Assembly: GCA_017412505.1 (NCBI GenBank)
Contig: JAFPXN010000044.1
Span: forward strand, 3,619 to 67,618
From: Bacillota bacterium
Lineage (GTDB): Bacteria > Bacillota > Clostridia > Peptostreptococcales > Anaerovoracaceae
Direction: 5' to 3'
Length of the DNA stretch: 64,000 nt
How positions within the stretch are numbered: the first letter of the stretch is position 1; every line of letters starts with the position of its first letter. The position numbers were made by a program, and so were the translations under genes. Shown here one piece after another: positions 54,107-61,827 of the stretch. Below the pieces are notes generated by a model. The model saw only the letters and a program-made list of their open reading frames with translations. It made no database searches and was not told where the DNA came from.

Positions 54107-55378
54107 ATGGCAGTAGTAATTAATCAAGAATTATGCAAAGGTTGCAAGATCTGCGTCAAGAACTGCCCGTTCCAGGCGATCGACTTCGACGAGACCACCA
54201 GAAAAGCGACCATTAACGAGAAGTGCACGGCTTGCTCCGTCTGCATTTCCAAGTGCCCGTTCAAGGCAATCTCCAAGGACGAGAGCGACGAAGTCGATCT
54301 GTCCGCTTATAAGCATATCTGGGTCTTTGCCGAACAGAGAGACGGCGAACTCATGGGCGTAGCGAAGGAACTGATCGCCTGCGGCCGCAGACTTTCCAGA
54401 GACATCTCCCCCGAGACCAAGTGCTATGCGCTGCTCGTCGGCAACAACCTGGGAGCGCTCGGACAGGAAGCGATCGAATGGGGCGCTGACGGCTCCATCC
54501 TCATCGAACATCCGCTGCTTGAACACTTCAACACCGACGGTTACACCAAGGTCATCTGCGACGCGATCCAGGAAATGAAGCCCGAGATCATCCTCTACGG
54601 CGCAACCCACATCGGCCGCGACCTGGCTCCCCGTGTAGCCGGCAGATCCAACGTCGGTCTGACCGCAGACTGCACCGGTCTGGAAGTCGACCTCGAGAAG
54701 TACAAGGCATACTGCGCAAAGGAAACCACGCTCGACCTGTCCACGCTGGAAGGCGAGGACCCGAACGACAAGTGCATCAAGCAGACCCGTCCGGCATTCG
54801 GCGGCAACCTGATGGCCACCATCGTTTCCAAGAAGACCAGACCGCAGATGTCCACCGTACGTCCCGGCGTTATGTCCAAGCAGGAAAGAGTTCCCGGCGC
54901 TCAGGGCGAGATCATCAAGGTCACCCCGAAGCTCGAAGAGAGCGACATCCGCACCAAGATCATCAAGATCGTCAAGGAAGCCAAGGAAATGGTCTCCCTG
55001 ACCGACGCCAAGATCATCTGCTCCGGCGGTCGTGGTCTGGGCGGTCCGGAAGGATTCAAGCTCATCGAAGAATTCGCGAACAAGGTCGGCGGCGTTGTCG
55101 GTTCTTCCCGTGCCTGCGTTGACGCTGGCTGGATCGGCCACGAACACCAGGTCGGTCAGACCGGTACCACCGTCAAGCCCGACATCTACTTCGCATGCGG
55201 CATCTCCGGCGCTATCCAGCACCAGGCGGGCATGAAGAACTCCAAGCTGATCGTTGCGATCAACAAGGATCCGGATGCTCCGATCTTCGGCATTGCTGAC
55301 TACGGTATCGTCGGCGACCTGTATAAGGTCATCCCCATGATCATCGAAGAATGGGACAACTTCTCCACAGCTCTGTAA
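54107..55378 (+). CDS. etfA: Electron transfer flavoprotein alpha subunit with an N-terminal 2x[4Fe-4S] ferredoxin domain
   Basis: [12 protein letters not shown] and [12 protein letters not shown] within residues 1-65. A canonical EtfA follows ([28 protein letters not shown]). Confidence 0.9.
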   Translation: MAVVINQELCKGCKICVKNCPFQAIDFDETTRKATINEKCTACSVCISKCPFKAISKDESDEVDLSAYKHIWVFAEQRDGELMGVAKELIACGRRLSRDISPETKCYALLVGNNLGALGQEAIEWGADGSILIEHPLLEHFNTDGYTKVICDAIQEMKPEIILYGATHIGRDLAPRVAGRSNVGLTADCTGLEVDLEKYKAYCAKETTLDLSTLEGEDPNDKCIKQTRPAFGGNLMATIVSKKTRPQMSTVRPGVMSKQERVPGAQGEIIKVTPKLEESDIRTKIIKIVKEAKEMVSLTDAKIICSGGRGLGGPEGFKLIEEFANKVGGVVGSSRACVDAGWIGHEHQVGQTGTTVKPDIYFACGISGAIQHQAGMKNSKLIVAINKDPDAPIFGIADYGIVGDLYKVIPMIIEEWDNFSTAL

Positions 55379-55401
55379 TATTTTCTACAAGACCTTTAAG
55401 G

Positions 55402-55427
55402 GCGGCTCTCCGGAGCCGCTCTTTTTT
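55402..55427 (+). terminator. Intrinsic terminator after etfA
   Basis: GCGGCUC-UCCG-GAGCCGC followed by UCUUUUUU. Confidence 0.8.
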
Positions 55428-55436
55428 GTTTTTGTG

Positions 55437-55462
55437 CACATGGGGACAGGTACAATGTGTCG
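55437..55462 (+). repeat. Solo copy of a 26-nt repeat (CACATGGGGACAGGTACAATGTGTCG)
   Basis: Identical to 60150-60175 and, in inverse orientation, to 60182-60207. Confidence 0.9.
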
Positions 55463-55505
55463 TTTTGATCCGCAGCAGGTGCCGGGACGCAAAAGCAGAA
55501 TGATT

Positions 55506-55637
55506 GCCACCCCTCGGGGTCCTGTCGTCCAACGCATCCTCATGCTGTCGCTACGCTCATCCGCGACCGCAGCTCTTGGGAGTCACGGCGCTCGCTGCGC
55601 TCCGGCATGAGCCTCTTTGGACGCCACCCCTCGGGGT
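55506..55637 (+). other. 102-nt three-way-junction element flanked by 15-nt direct repeats
   Basis: GCCACCCCTCGGGGT occurs at 55506-55520 and 55623-55637. Between them, the helices are 55526-32/55617-23, 55539-45/55605-11, 55547-51/55563-67 and 55568-73/55594-99. Confidence 0.6.
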
Positions 55638-55669
55638 TAGACAGTCATTTGCATTATTTTTTGTAAAAT

Positions 55670-55779
55670 GCCCTTAAAAACAAGGACAAATACAATTAAA
55701 GAAGCAAAAGACCTTTATTTTAGATGGGAAGTAAAGGAAAACTTTGCTTTTTGTAGAATTGCCTTTGTTTTCTAAGGGC
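55670..55779 (+). ncRNA. Candidate structured RNA: a 110-nt AT-rich extended hairpin
   Basis: Three stacked helices: 55670-85/55762-79 (16 bp, two bulges), 55699-710/55742-52 (11 bp, one G.U, one bulge) and 55712-17/55732-37 (6 bp). Confidence 0.3.
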
Positions 55780-55829
55780 TTTTATTAATAAACTCATGAT
55801 TGCCTTTACCCTAGTGCTAAGAAATAAGT

Positions 55830-55895
55830 ATTGACTTGCAAAGTATTGATACGGATTGGAGTCAATCGGGACCACGTTGAGTGGAAGTGTGCCCG
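55830..55895 (+). other. Two adjacent small hairpins
   Basis: ATTGACT/AGTCAAT (55830-36/55860-66) with an inner CAA/TTG. CGGG/CCCG (55867-70/55892-95) with an inner CCAC/GTGG. Confidence 0.4.
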
Positions 55896-55969
55896 GGACT
55901 AACTTATATCGTCACAAGACTTTTCCTTCATCTATCAATTATCAATAATATTTTAATTTGCGGTCTGTA

Positions 55970-56187
55970 ATCGGGTGATGTGGTGCAATCGGAGGGAATC
56001 GTCTGTGTTTCCGGTTTCTGAGCGTAATCCGTTTCGGACGCGCGCCTGAGGGTGCTGCGGCGGAGCGATGCCCGAGGCCGAGTTTCGCAAAGACGAAACC
56101 GGACGAGTCCGCGAAGCTGCGCCGAAACGGCACGCGAAAGAAATCGATGAAACACCAGATTCCCGACTTTGCACCACAATATCCGAT
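55970..56187 (+). ncRNA. Candidate ncRNA or MITE-like element: a 218-nt GC-rich imperfect hairpin (6S-RNA-like fold)
   Basis: Collinear helices: 55970-74/56183-87 (5 bp), 55979-88/56169-78 (10), 55994-56000/56158-64 (7), 56005-11/56149-55 (7), 56012-19/56139-46 (8, one G.U), 56022-25/56132-35 (4) and 56029-37/56122-30 (9). The apical stem is GUUUCG-CAAAGA-CGAAAC at 56082-56099. Confidence 0.35.
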
Positions 56188-56250
56188 GAAGATCGTTTGC
56201 GTATATAGAACAGATTGACAATATTATCCATTTTATGTTACTGTAAAAAT

Positions 56251-56643
56251 ATGGATAATATTGAGAGGGATAAAATTAAGAAGAAAAGGGGCAGGAAGGG
56301 CGAGGACCTGGCTTGCGAATTCCTGAGACAGAACGGCTACCGCGTGATCGAGCGCAATTTCCGCTGCAAAATGGGCGAGATCGATATCGTGGCGACCGAC
56401 GGAGAGCATATCTGCTTTACGGAGGTCAAAGCCCGCACCCGGACGGATTACGGCATGCCCAGAGACGCGGTGGACCGCAGAAAACAGCAGAAACTCCTGC
56501 GCTGCGCGCAGCTGTATCTGAAGCTGCATCCGGGCTATGCGCAGCGCTTTTCCCCACGCATGGATATCGTGGAGGTCCTTTACACGGAGGAAGGAACTTA
56601 CGCGCGCCATACGCCCAACGCATTTTCTCTTTCCTCGGGATGA
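56251..56643 (+). CDS. yraN: YraN-family (UPF0102) endonuclease-like protein
   Basis: GRKGEDLACEFLRQNGYRVIERNFRCKMGEIDIVA..ICFTEVKAR. Confidence 0.85.
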   Translation: MDNIERDKIKKKRGRKGEDLACEFLRQNGYRVIERNFRCKMGEIDIVATDGEHICFTEVKARTRTDYGMPRDAVDRRKQQKLLRCAQLYLKLHPGYAQRFSPRMDIVEVLYTEEGTYARHTPNAFSLSSG

Positions 56644-56690
56644 GCCGGGCGGTGTATAATAAAGCCAGAATGTGAAAAGGAGTACGCCGC

Positions 56691-57722
56691 ATGGAATACG
56701 ATAAGAGACAGCTTCTGAAAGACGCGTTCGCGGGGAAGGAGACGCCGAGAGTCCCCTGCGGGTTCTGGCATCATTTCGTGCTGGGCAGGGATCAGTTCGT
56801 CGCGGATAAGGATGAATCGCTGCAGGAAAAGATCGTGGAGGGTCACCGGGCGTATTATAAAACAGTGCGCCCCGACATGATGAAGATGATGAACGAAGGT
56901 TTCTTCGGATATCCGCCCATCATGGACAACGATCTGCGGACCGGGAAAGACCTGCTGAAGATCAAGGCGATCGGGCCGGACCACCCCTGGGTCACGGATC
57001 AGGTGAAGCACGTGCAGCGCATCATCGACCAGTTCGACGGAGAGGTCATGACGTTCTACAACGTCTTCTCGCCCCTGCAGAACATCCGCATCCGTTTCGA
57101 TTTCCTGGACCTGGAGTACGACCGCTTCGTGCGGCTCGCGGAACAGTACCCGGAGGAACTGGCTGCGGCCGGCGAGGAGATGCAGAAAGATTACACGGTC
57201 CTGGTGCAGCGCCTGTTCGAGGAGACCTCGCTGGACGGCATCTATTACTGCGTGCAGAACGTGCAGAGCCCAATGTATACGAAGGAACTGTACGACCGCA
57301 TCCTCGGACCGTCGGAACGGGCCGTGCTGGACCTGGCGAACCGCTGTTCGCAGTACAACATCCTGCACATCTGCGGCTACGCGCATCACACGAACGATAT
57401 GAAATACTATCTGGATTACGATGCCGGCTGCTACAACTGGGCTGTCCACACAGAGGGGCTCTCCATCGCAGAAGGCAGAAAACTGTTCCCGGGCAAGTGC
57501 ATCCTGGGCGGTTTCGACAACAATCCGGGCACGCTGATCGATACGGGCACCCGCGAAGAACTGCGGGAGTACGTGGGTCAGCTGATCCGGGAGAACGGCT
57601 ACCGGGGCTACATTCTCGGCGCGGACTGCTCCATCCCCAATCTGATCGACGACAGGCGGGTGCGCTCCGTTACGGATGCGGCCAGGACGTTCCCGAACCC
57701 GCATTTCCCGGAAAACGCATAG
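56691..57722 (+). CDS. Uroporphyrinogen decarboxylase (URO-D) family protein, possibly an MtaA/CmuA-like methyltransferase
   Basis: 343 aa with an N-terminal LLKDAFAGKETPRVPCGFWHHF and a URO-D-like TIM-barrel length. The call is tentative. Confidence 0.55.
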   Translation: MEYDKRQLLKDAFAGKETPRVPCGFWHHFVLGRDQFVADKDESLQEKIVEGHRAYYKTVRPDMMKMMNEGFFGYPPIMDNDLRTGKDLLKIKAIGPDHPWVTDQVKHVQRIIDQFDGEVMTFYNVFSPLQNIRIRFDFLDLEYDRFVRLAEQYPEELAAAGEEMQKDYTVLVQRLFEETSLDGIYYCVQNVQSPMYTKELYDRILGPSERAVLDLANRCSQYNILHICGYAHHTNDMKYYLDYDAGCYNWAVHTEGLSIAEGRKLFPGKCILGGFDNNPGTLIDTGTREELREYVGQLIRENGYRGYILGADCSIPNLIDDRRVRSVTDAARTFPNPHFPENA

Positions 57723-57737
57723 ACTTTGGAGGTCGTT

Positions 57738-58556
57738 ATGAATAAAAATCTGTTTGTATTAGGCGCCGGCAACATGGCGGAGAGCATCGTGGCCGCCCTG
57801 CTGGAGGACGGCGTGTTCGAACCGTACGGCATCACGGTCTACGATATCTCAAAGGCGCGCATGGATCACATGATCGAAACCTACGGCGTCATCGCCGCGC
57901 TGGATCCGGCAGCGGGGCTGGCGGACGCGGACGTGATGCTTCTGGCTGTGCGTCCCCAGGATCTGCCGCAGGTCCGGTGGATCAGGGACGCGGAGAAGAA
58001 AAAGGACCTTCTGACGGTCTCCATCGTCTGCTCCCAGCTCATCTCCACGCTGGAAGAGGTGATGGGCGAAGGGAAAACCGCCCGCATGATGCCGAATACG
58101 CTCACGAAGGCGAAGCACGGGTATTCTTCTCTCTGCGTCAACGAAGCCTGCGGCGAAGAGGATAAAAAGATGCTGGAGTCGATCGCCGGTGCGATCGGTC
58201 AGTACATGTATGTGGACGAGAAACTGTTCAACGCGTGGACGGGCTTTGCGACGTCGGCTCCGCTCATGATCTACAAGTTCATCTACGGCATGATCGAGGG
58301 CGGCATCTACAGCGGCTTTACGCTGGAGCAGAGCAAGGAGATCGTTTACGAAGCCATCATCGGTACGGGGATGAACCTGCAGCTGACCGGCGAACATCCG
58401 CTGCAGCTCGTGGACAAACTCACGACGCCGGGCGGCGTGGGCATCGAACACTTCAAGGCGCTGGAAGAAGGCAATTTCACAAATCTGTGCATCGACGCGG
58501 TCTGGGCCGCGGTGCAGAAGGCGGAAGCCATGGCGGAGAAATACAAGGTGGACTAG
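57738..58556 (+). CDS. proC: Pyrroline-5-carboxylate reductase
   Basis: LFVLGAGNMAESIV (Rossmann fold), MPNT and TTPGGVGIEHFKALEE. ATG 57738 follows GGAGG. Confidence 0.85.
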   Translation: MNKNLFVLGAGNMAESIVAALLEDGVFEPYGITVYDISKARMDHMIETYGVIAALDPAAGLADADVMLLAVRPQDLPQVRWIRDAEKKKDLLTVSIVCSQLISTLEEVMGEGKTARMMPNTLTKAKHGYSSLCVNEACGEEDKKMLESIAGAIGQYMYVDEKLFNAWTGFATSAPLMIYKFIYGMIEGGIYSGFTLEQSKEIVYEAIIGTGMNLQLTGEHPLQLVDKLTTPGGVGIEHFKALEEGNFTNLCIDAVWAAVQKAEAMAEKYKVD

Positions 58557-59048
58557 ATGAAGAAGGACGCGATCGAAAAGACGAACGTCATGCGGCTGCT
58601 GGATCAGAAGAAGGCCGTATACAAGAGCCATACCTACGTCAGTACCGGAGCGATCTCCGGCGTGGAGGTGGCTGCTGCCCTGGGTCAGGATCCTGCCTGT
58701 GTGTTCAAGACTCTGGTGACCGCAGGGAAAAGCGGACAGCATTACGTGTTCGTGATCCCCGCGGCGAAGGAACTGGATCTGAAAAAAGCCGCGAAGGCTG
58801 CCGGGGAGAAGAGCATCGAGATGATCAAGTCGAAGGAACTGCTGCCGCTCACCGGTTACGTGCACGGCGGATGTAGTCCCATCGGCATGAAGAAATTCTT
58901 CCCGACGTTTATCGATCAGACCGTAGAGAACTGCGAAACGTTCTGCTTCTCCGCGGGCAAGATCGGCTATCAGATCGAGACGGATCTGCAGACGCTGGCG
59001 AAGATGATACGCTTTACGCTGGCGGACCTGACGGAAGAAGCGCAGTAA
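58557..59048 (+). CDS. ybaK: Cys-tRNA(Pro)/Cys-tRNA(Cys) deacylase YbaK
   Basis: KTNVMRLLDQKKAVYKSH.., VFKTLV, GYVHGGCSPIGMKK. Confidence 0.8.
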   Translation: MKKDAIEKTNVMRLLDQKKAVYKSHTYVSTGAISGVEVAAALGQDPACVFKTLVTAGKSGQHYVFVIPAAKELDLKKAAKAAGEKSIEMIKSKELLPLTGYVHGGCSPIGMKKFFPTFIDQTVENCETFCFSAGKIGYQIETDLQTLAKMIRFTLADLTEEAQ

Positions 59049-59058
59049 GGAGGCAGTT

Positions 59059-60135
59059 ATGAAAGCAGCAGTTTGGCACGGTTATAAGGACGTTAGGATC
59101 GAAGACAGACCTGTTCCCGAACCCAAGGCGGGGCAGGTGCGCATCAAAGTGGACTATGCGGGCATCTGCGGTACGGACCGCCACGAATACGTGGGACCGA
59201 ACTTCATTCCGGTCACGAAGCCGCACCGTCTGACAGGCCGCACGGCGCCGCTCATCATCGGACACGAATTCTCCGGCCGCATCGACGCGGTGGGCGAAGG
59301 CGTTTCCGGCTGGGAACCCGGCCAGCGCGTGACCGCCAACGGCAGCCTGACCTGCGGCGAATGCGAACTGTGCCGCTCCGGCCGCTACAATATCTGCAAG
59401 AAACTTGGATTTGTAGGCGTCGGAGACGACGGCTGCTTCGCGGAATATCTGGTCGTCGGCGCGGATAAACTGTTTGCGATCCCGGACGAAGTGACCCAGA
59501 AGGAAGCCGCCGTAGCGGAACCTCTGGCCTGCGGCATCCACGCTACGAACCTGATCGGCGATCTGGGCGGGGTCAAAGGGAAACTGGCCGTCATCGTCGG
59601 CCCCGGCATCATCGGCATCGGCGCGTTCTACGCGGCGAAACTGGCCGGCGCCCGCAAGGTACTGGTGATCGGCCGCGGGGAAGAGAAGCGAGCGGTCATC
59701 GAAAAACACGGCGGGGAATTCCTGAACACTGCGCTGCTGGAAAACGGCGCGGCGGACGTTCCTTCGTACGTGGAAAAATGGTCGGACGGCGCGCTGGCGG
59801 ACGTCGTCTACGAATGCGCCGGCACCCAGCAGACGCTGGATCTTTGCGTGCCCATCGTAAAACCCGGCGGCATCCTGATGGTCATGGGCGTGTTCGGACA
59901 GAAACCCGTCATCGATATGAATACGGTGCAGGAAGCCGAGCGCATCATCCTGACGAGCCAGGCCCACGTGAACGAGATCGCGGAAGCGCTGGAATACATC
60001 CGGAAGGGAGAGATCGACGCGGACGAACTCGTCACGCGCGTCGTGACGCTCGATACCCTCGTGGAAGACGGTTTCGAGGAGCTGGAGCGCAATTCGAAGA
60101 ACCACATCAAGGTGTTGATCAGGATCAGCGAATAG
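59059..60135 (+). CDS. Zinc-dependent medium-chain alcohol/polyol dehydrogenase
   Basis: GICGTDRHEY, GHEFSG, the structural-Zn loop CGECELCRSGRYNIC, and GPGIIG (Rossmann fold). Confidence 0.85.
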   Translation: MKAAVWHGYKDVRIEDRPVPEPKAGQVRIKVDYAGICGTDRHEYVGPNFIPVTKPHRLTGRTAPLIIGHEFSGRIDAVGEGVSGWEPGQRVTANGSLTCGECELCRSGRYNICKKLGFVGVGDDGCFAEYLVVGADKLFAIPDEVTQKEAAVAEPLACGIHATNLIGDLGGVKGKLAVIVGPGIIGIGAFYAAKLAGARKVLVIGRGEEKRAVIEKHGGEFLNTALLENGAADVPSYVEKWSDGALADVVYECAGTQQTLDLCVPIVKPGGILMVMGVFGQKPVIDMNTVQEAERIILTSQAHVNEIAEALEYIRKGEIDADELVTRVVTLDTLVEDGFEELERNSKNHIKVLIRISE

Positions 60136-60142
60136 ACGGGAC

Positions 60143-60214
60143 AAAAGAACACATGGGGACAGGTACAATGTGTCGCAAAAACGACACATTGTACCTGTCC
60201 CCATGTGTTCTTTT
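60143..60214. repeat. Perfect 33-bp-arm palindrome acting as a bidirectional terminator; same repeat family as 55437-55462
   Basis: AAAAGAACACATGGGGACAGGTACAATGTGTCG-CAAAAA-CGACACATTGTACCTGTCCCCATGTGTTCTTTT lies between the convergent stops at 60135 and 60224. Confidence 0.9.
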
Positions 60215-60223
60215 CTGGAACTT

Positions 60224-61816
60224 TTACGCTTCGTAGACGGTTCTGCCGCCTAGGACGGTCTTCAGCACACGCGTGTCTTTGATCGCCTCCGGTTCGACTG
60301 TAAAGATATCGCGGTCGAGCACGAGGAAATCCGCCAGTTTTCCCGGCGTGATCGTTCCCTTGATCTCCTCCTCGAAGGAGTCGTAGGCAGCGTACTTCGT
60401 ATAGGTGCAGACGGCGTCGTAAACGGACATCTTATTCTCCGGGCAGCTGCCGCCTTCCGGCCAGCCGTGTTGATCGCAGCGGGTCACGCAACAGTAGATG
60501 CCCAGCCACGGATCCTCGTCCAGGCCCGGCGCGTCGGATCCGGACGTCACGACGACGCCTTCCCGCAGCATGCGGCCCCAGGCGTTCGCGTAGGGCATGC
60601 GCGCCGCGCCGATGCGGTCTTCGATCCATGCCGCATCGGTATCCATGTACAGCGGTTCCGCGTCGATGACGACGGGAAGCTTGCGGATCCTCTGCAGCAC
60701 GTCCTCCGTAGCGACTTCCAGGTGGATCATGCGGATGCGCGGGTCGGGCTGCGGATCTTCGCGCAGCAGCGTCTCGATGGAATTCGTCAGCATCTCGCAG
60801 GCCTTGTCGCCGATGACGTGGGTGCCTGTCTGGATGCCGAGGGAATAGGCCTTGCGCAGCTCTTCCGTCAGACCTTCCTGCGTATAGTTCAGCACGCCCG
60901 TGTTGCCCGGATCGTCGCAGTAGGGCTCGATCATGGCGGCGCTTCTGCCGCCGAGTCCTCCGTCCAGAAAGACCTTGTAATAGCCGTAGCGCAGCAGCTC
61001 GTCGCCTTCGCCTCGATGGGCCTTCAGTTCTTCGAGGTCGTCCGTGGCATAATACAGGCGGGCGTTCAGGCGGCCTTCGTCTTTCAGCTTCTGATAAGCT
61101 GCCATGTACTCCGGCAGGTTGACGTGCCTGGCCTGCACGGGATGGGCGCCGGTGAAGCCTTTCTTATTCAATTCGCGGATCGCCTTTTCCAGCACGTCCG
61201 CCTTCGCTTCGAGCGTGGCGTAGGCGTCCGGCATAAGGGAGACGACTTTCAGGCCCGAAGCGTCGCTCAGCACGCCTGTAGGTTCTCCGTCTTCCCCGAA
61301 CAGCGCCGTTCCTTCCACTTCCGGCTTGAAATTCCGGTCGATGCCGGCCGCTGCCAGCGCCGCGGAATTCGCGGAGAAGAAGTGCATGCACCAGCGGCCG
61401 ATCACGACTTTGTGATCCGGACAGGCCGCGTCCAGCACTTCCTTCGTCGGCAGGCTTTTATCATCCGTAAAGCGCTCGTTGTCGAAACCGAATCCGTAGA
61501 TCCATTCTCCCGCGGGAACGTTCTTTGCGTAATCCCGCAGCTTTTCCTGCAGTTCCCTGACCGACGTGACCTTGTCCAGCAGCAGTCTTTCCAGATTGCA
61601 GGCATAGGGGAAGAGGTGGATGTGGGTGTCGATCAGCCCCGGGATGACGGTCTTTCCCTGCAGGTCGATCACGTCGTCCGCCATCGCGGCCGCCTGTTCG
61701 CTGCTGCCGCAATAGACGAATCTGCCGCCGCGCACCGCGATCGCTTCGCACGCGGCGCCGTCGTTTTCCATGGTGTAGATCTTCGCGTTGACGTATGCGG
61801 TCGTTTTCTCCATCAT
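60224..61816 (-). CDS. Amidohydrolase-family (Amidohydro_3-like) metal-dependent hydrolase
   Basis: MMEKTTAYVNAKIYT.., VIPGLIDTHIHLF, and later GSDAP. The start at 61816 follows AAGGAGG. The upstream 158 codons of the 688-aa ORF overlap the SDR gene and were discarded. Confidence 0.8.
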   Translation of the reverse strand: MMEKTTAYVNAKIYTMENDGAACEAIAVRGGRFVYCGSSEQAAAMADDVIDLQGKTVIPGLIDTHIHLFPYACNLERLLLDKVTSVRELQEKLRDYAKNVPAGEWIYGFGFDNERFTDDKSLPTKEVLDAACPDHKVVIGRWCMHFFSANSAALAAAGIDRNFKPEVEGTALFGEDGEPTGVLSDASGLKVVSLMPDAYATLEAKADVLEKAIRELNKKGFTGAHPVQARHVNLPEYMAAYQKLKDEGRLNARLYYATDDLEELKAHRGEGDELLRYGYYKVFLDGGLGGRSAAMIEPYCDDPGNTGVLNYTQEGLTEELRKAYSLGIQTGTHVIGDKACEMLTNSIETLLREDPQPDPRIRMIHLEVATEDVLQRIRKLPVVIDAEPLYMDTDAAWIEDRIGAARMPYANAWGRMLREGVVVTSGSDAPGLDEDPWLGIYCCVTRCDQHGWPEGGSCPENKMSVYDAVCTYTKYAAYDSFEEEIKGTITPGKLADFLVLDRDIFTVEPEAIKDTRVLKTVLGGRTVYEA

Positions 61817-61827
61817 CTTTGCCTCCT

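Noticed and set aside
55500-55610. Short ORFs in the large spacer: a 36-codon MIATPRGPVVQRILMLSLRSSATAALGSHGARCAPA, and a 12-codon MIAFTLVLRNKY at 55796-55834. Both start with ATGATTGCC.
   Set aside because: Neither has a Shine-Dalgarno sequence. The first lies entirely within paired helices of the three-way junction. The shared 9-mer is more simply a repeat fragment.
55506-55637. A CRISPR-like reading of the 15-nt direct repeats
   Set aside because: There are only two copies. The repeat is too short, the 102-nt spacer is too long and is itself self-complementary, and there are no cas genes in the window.
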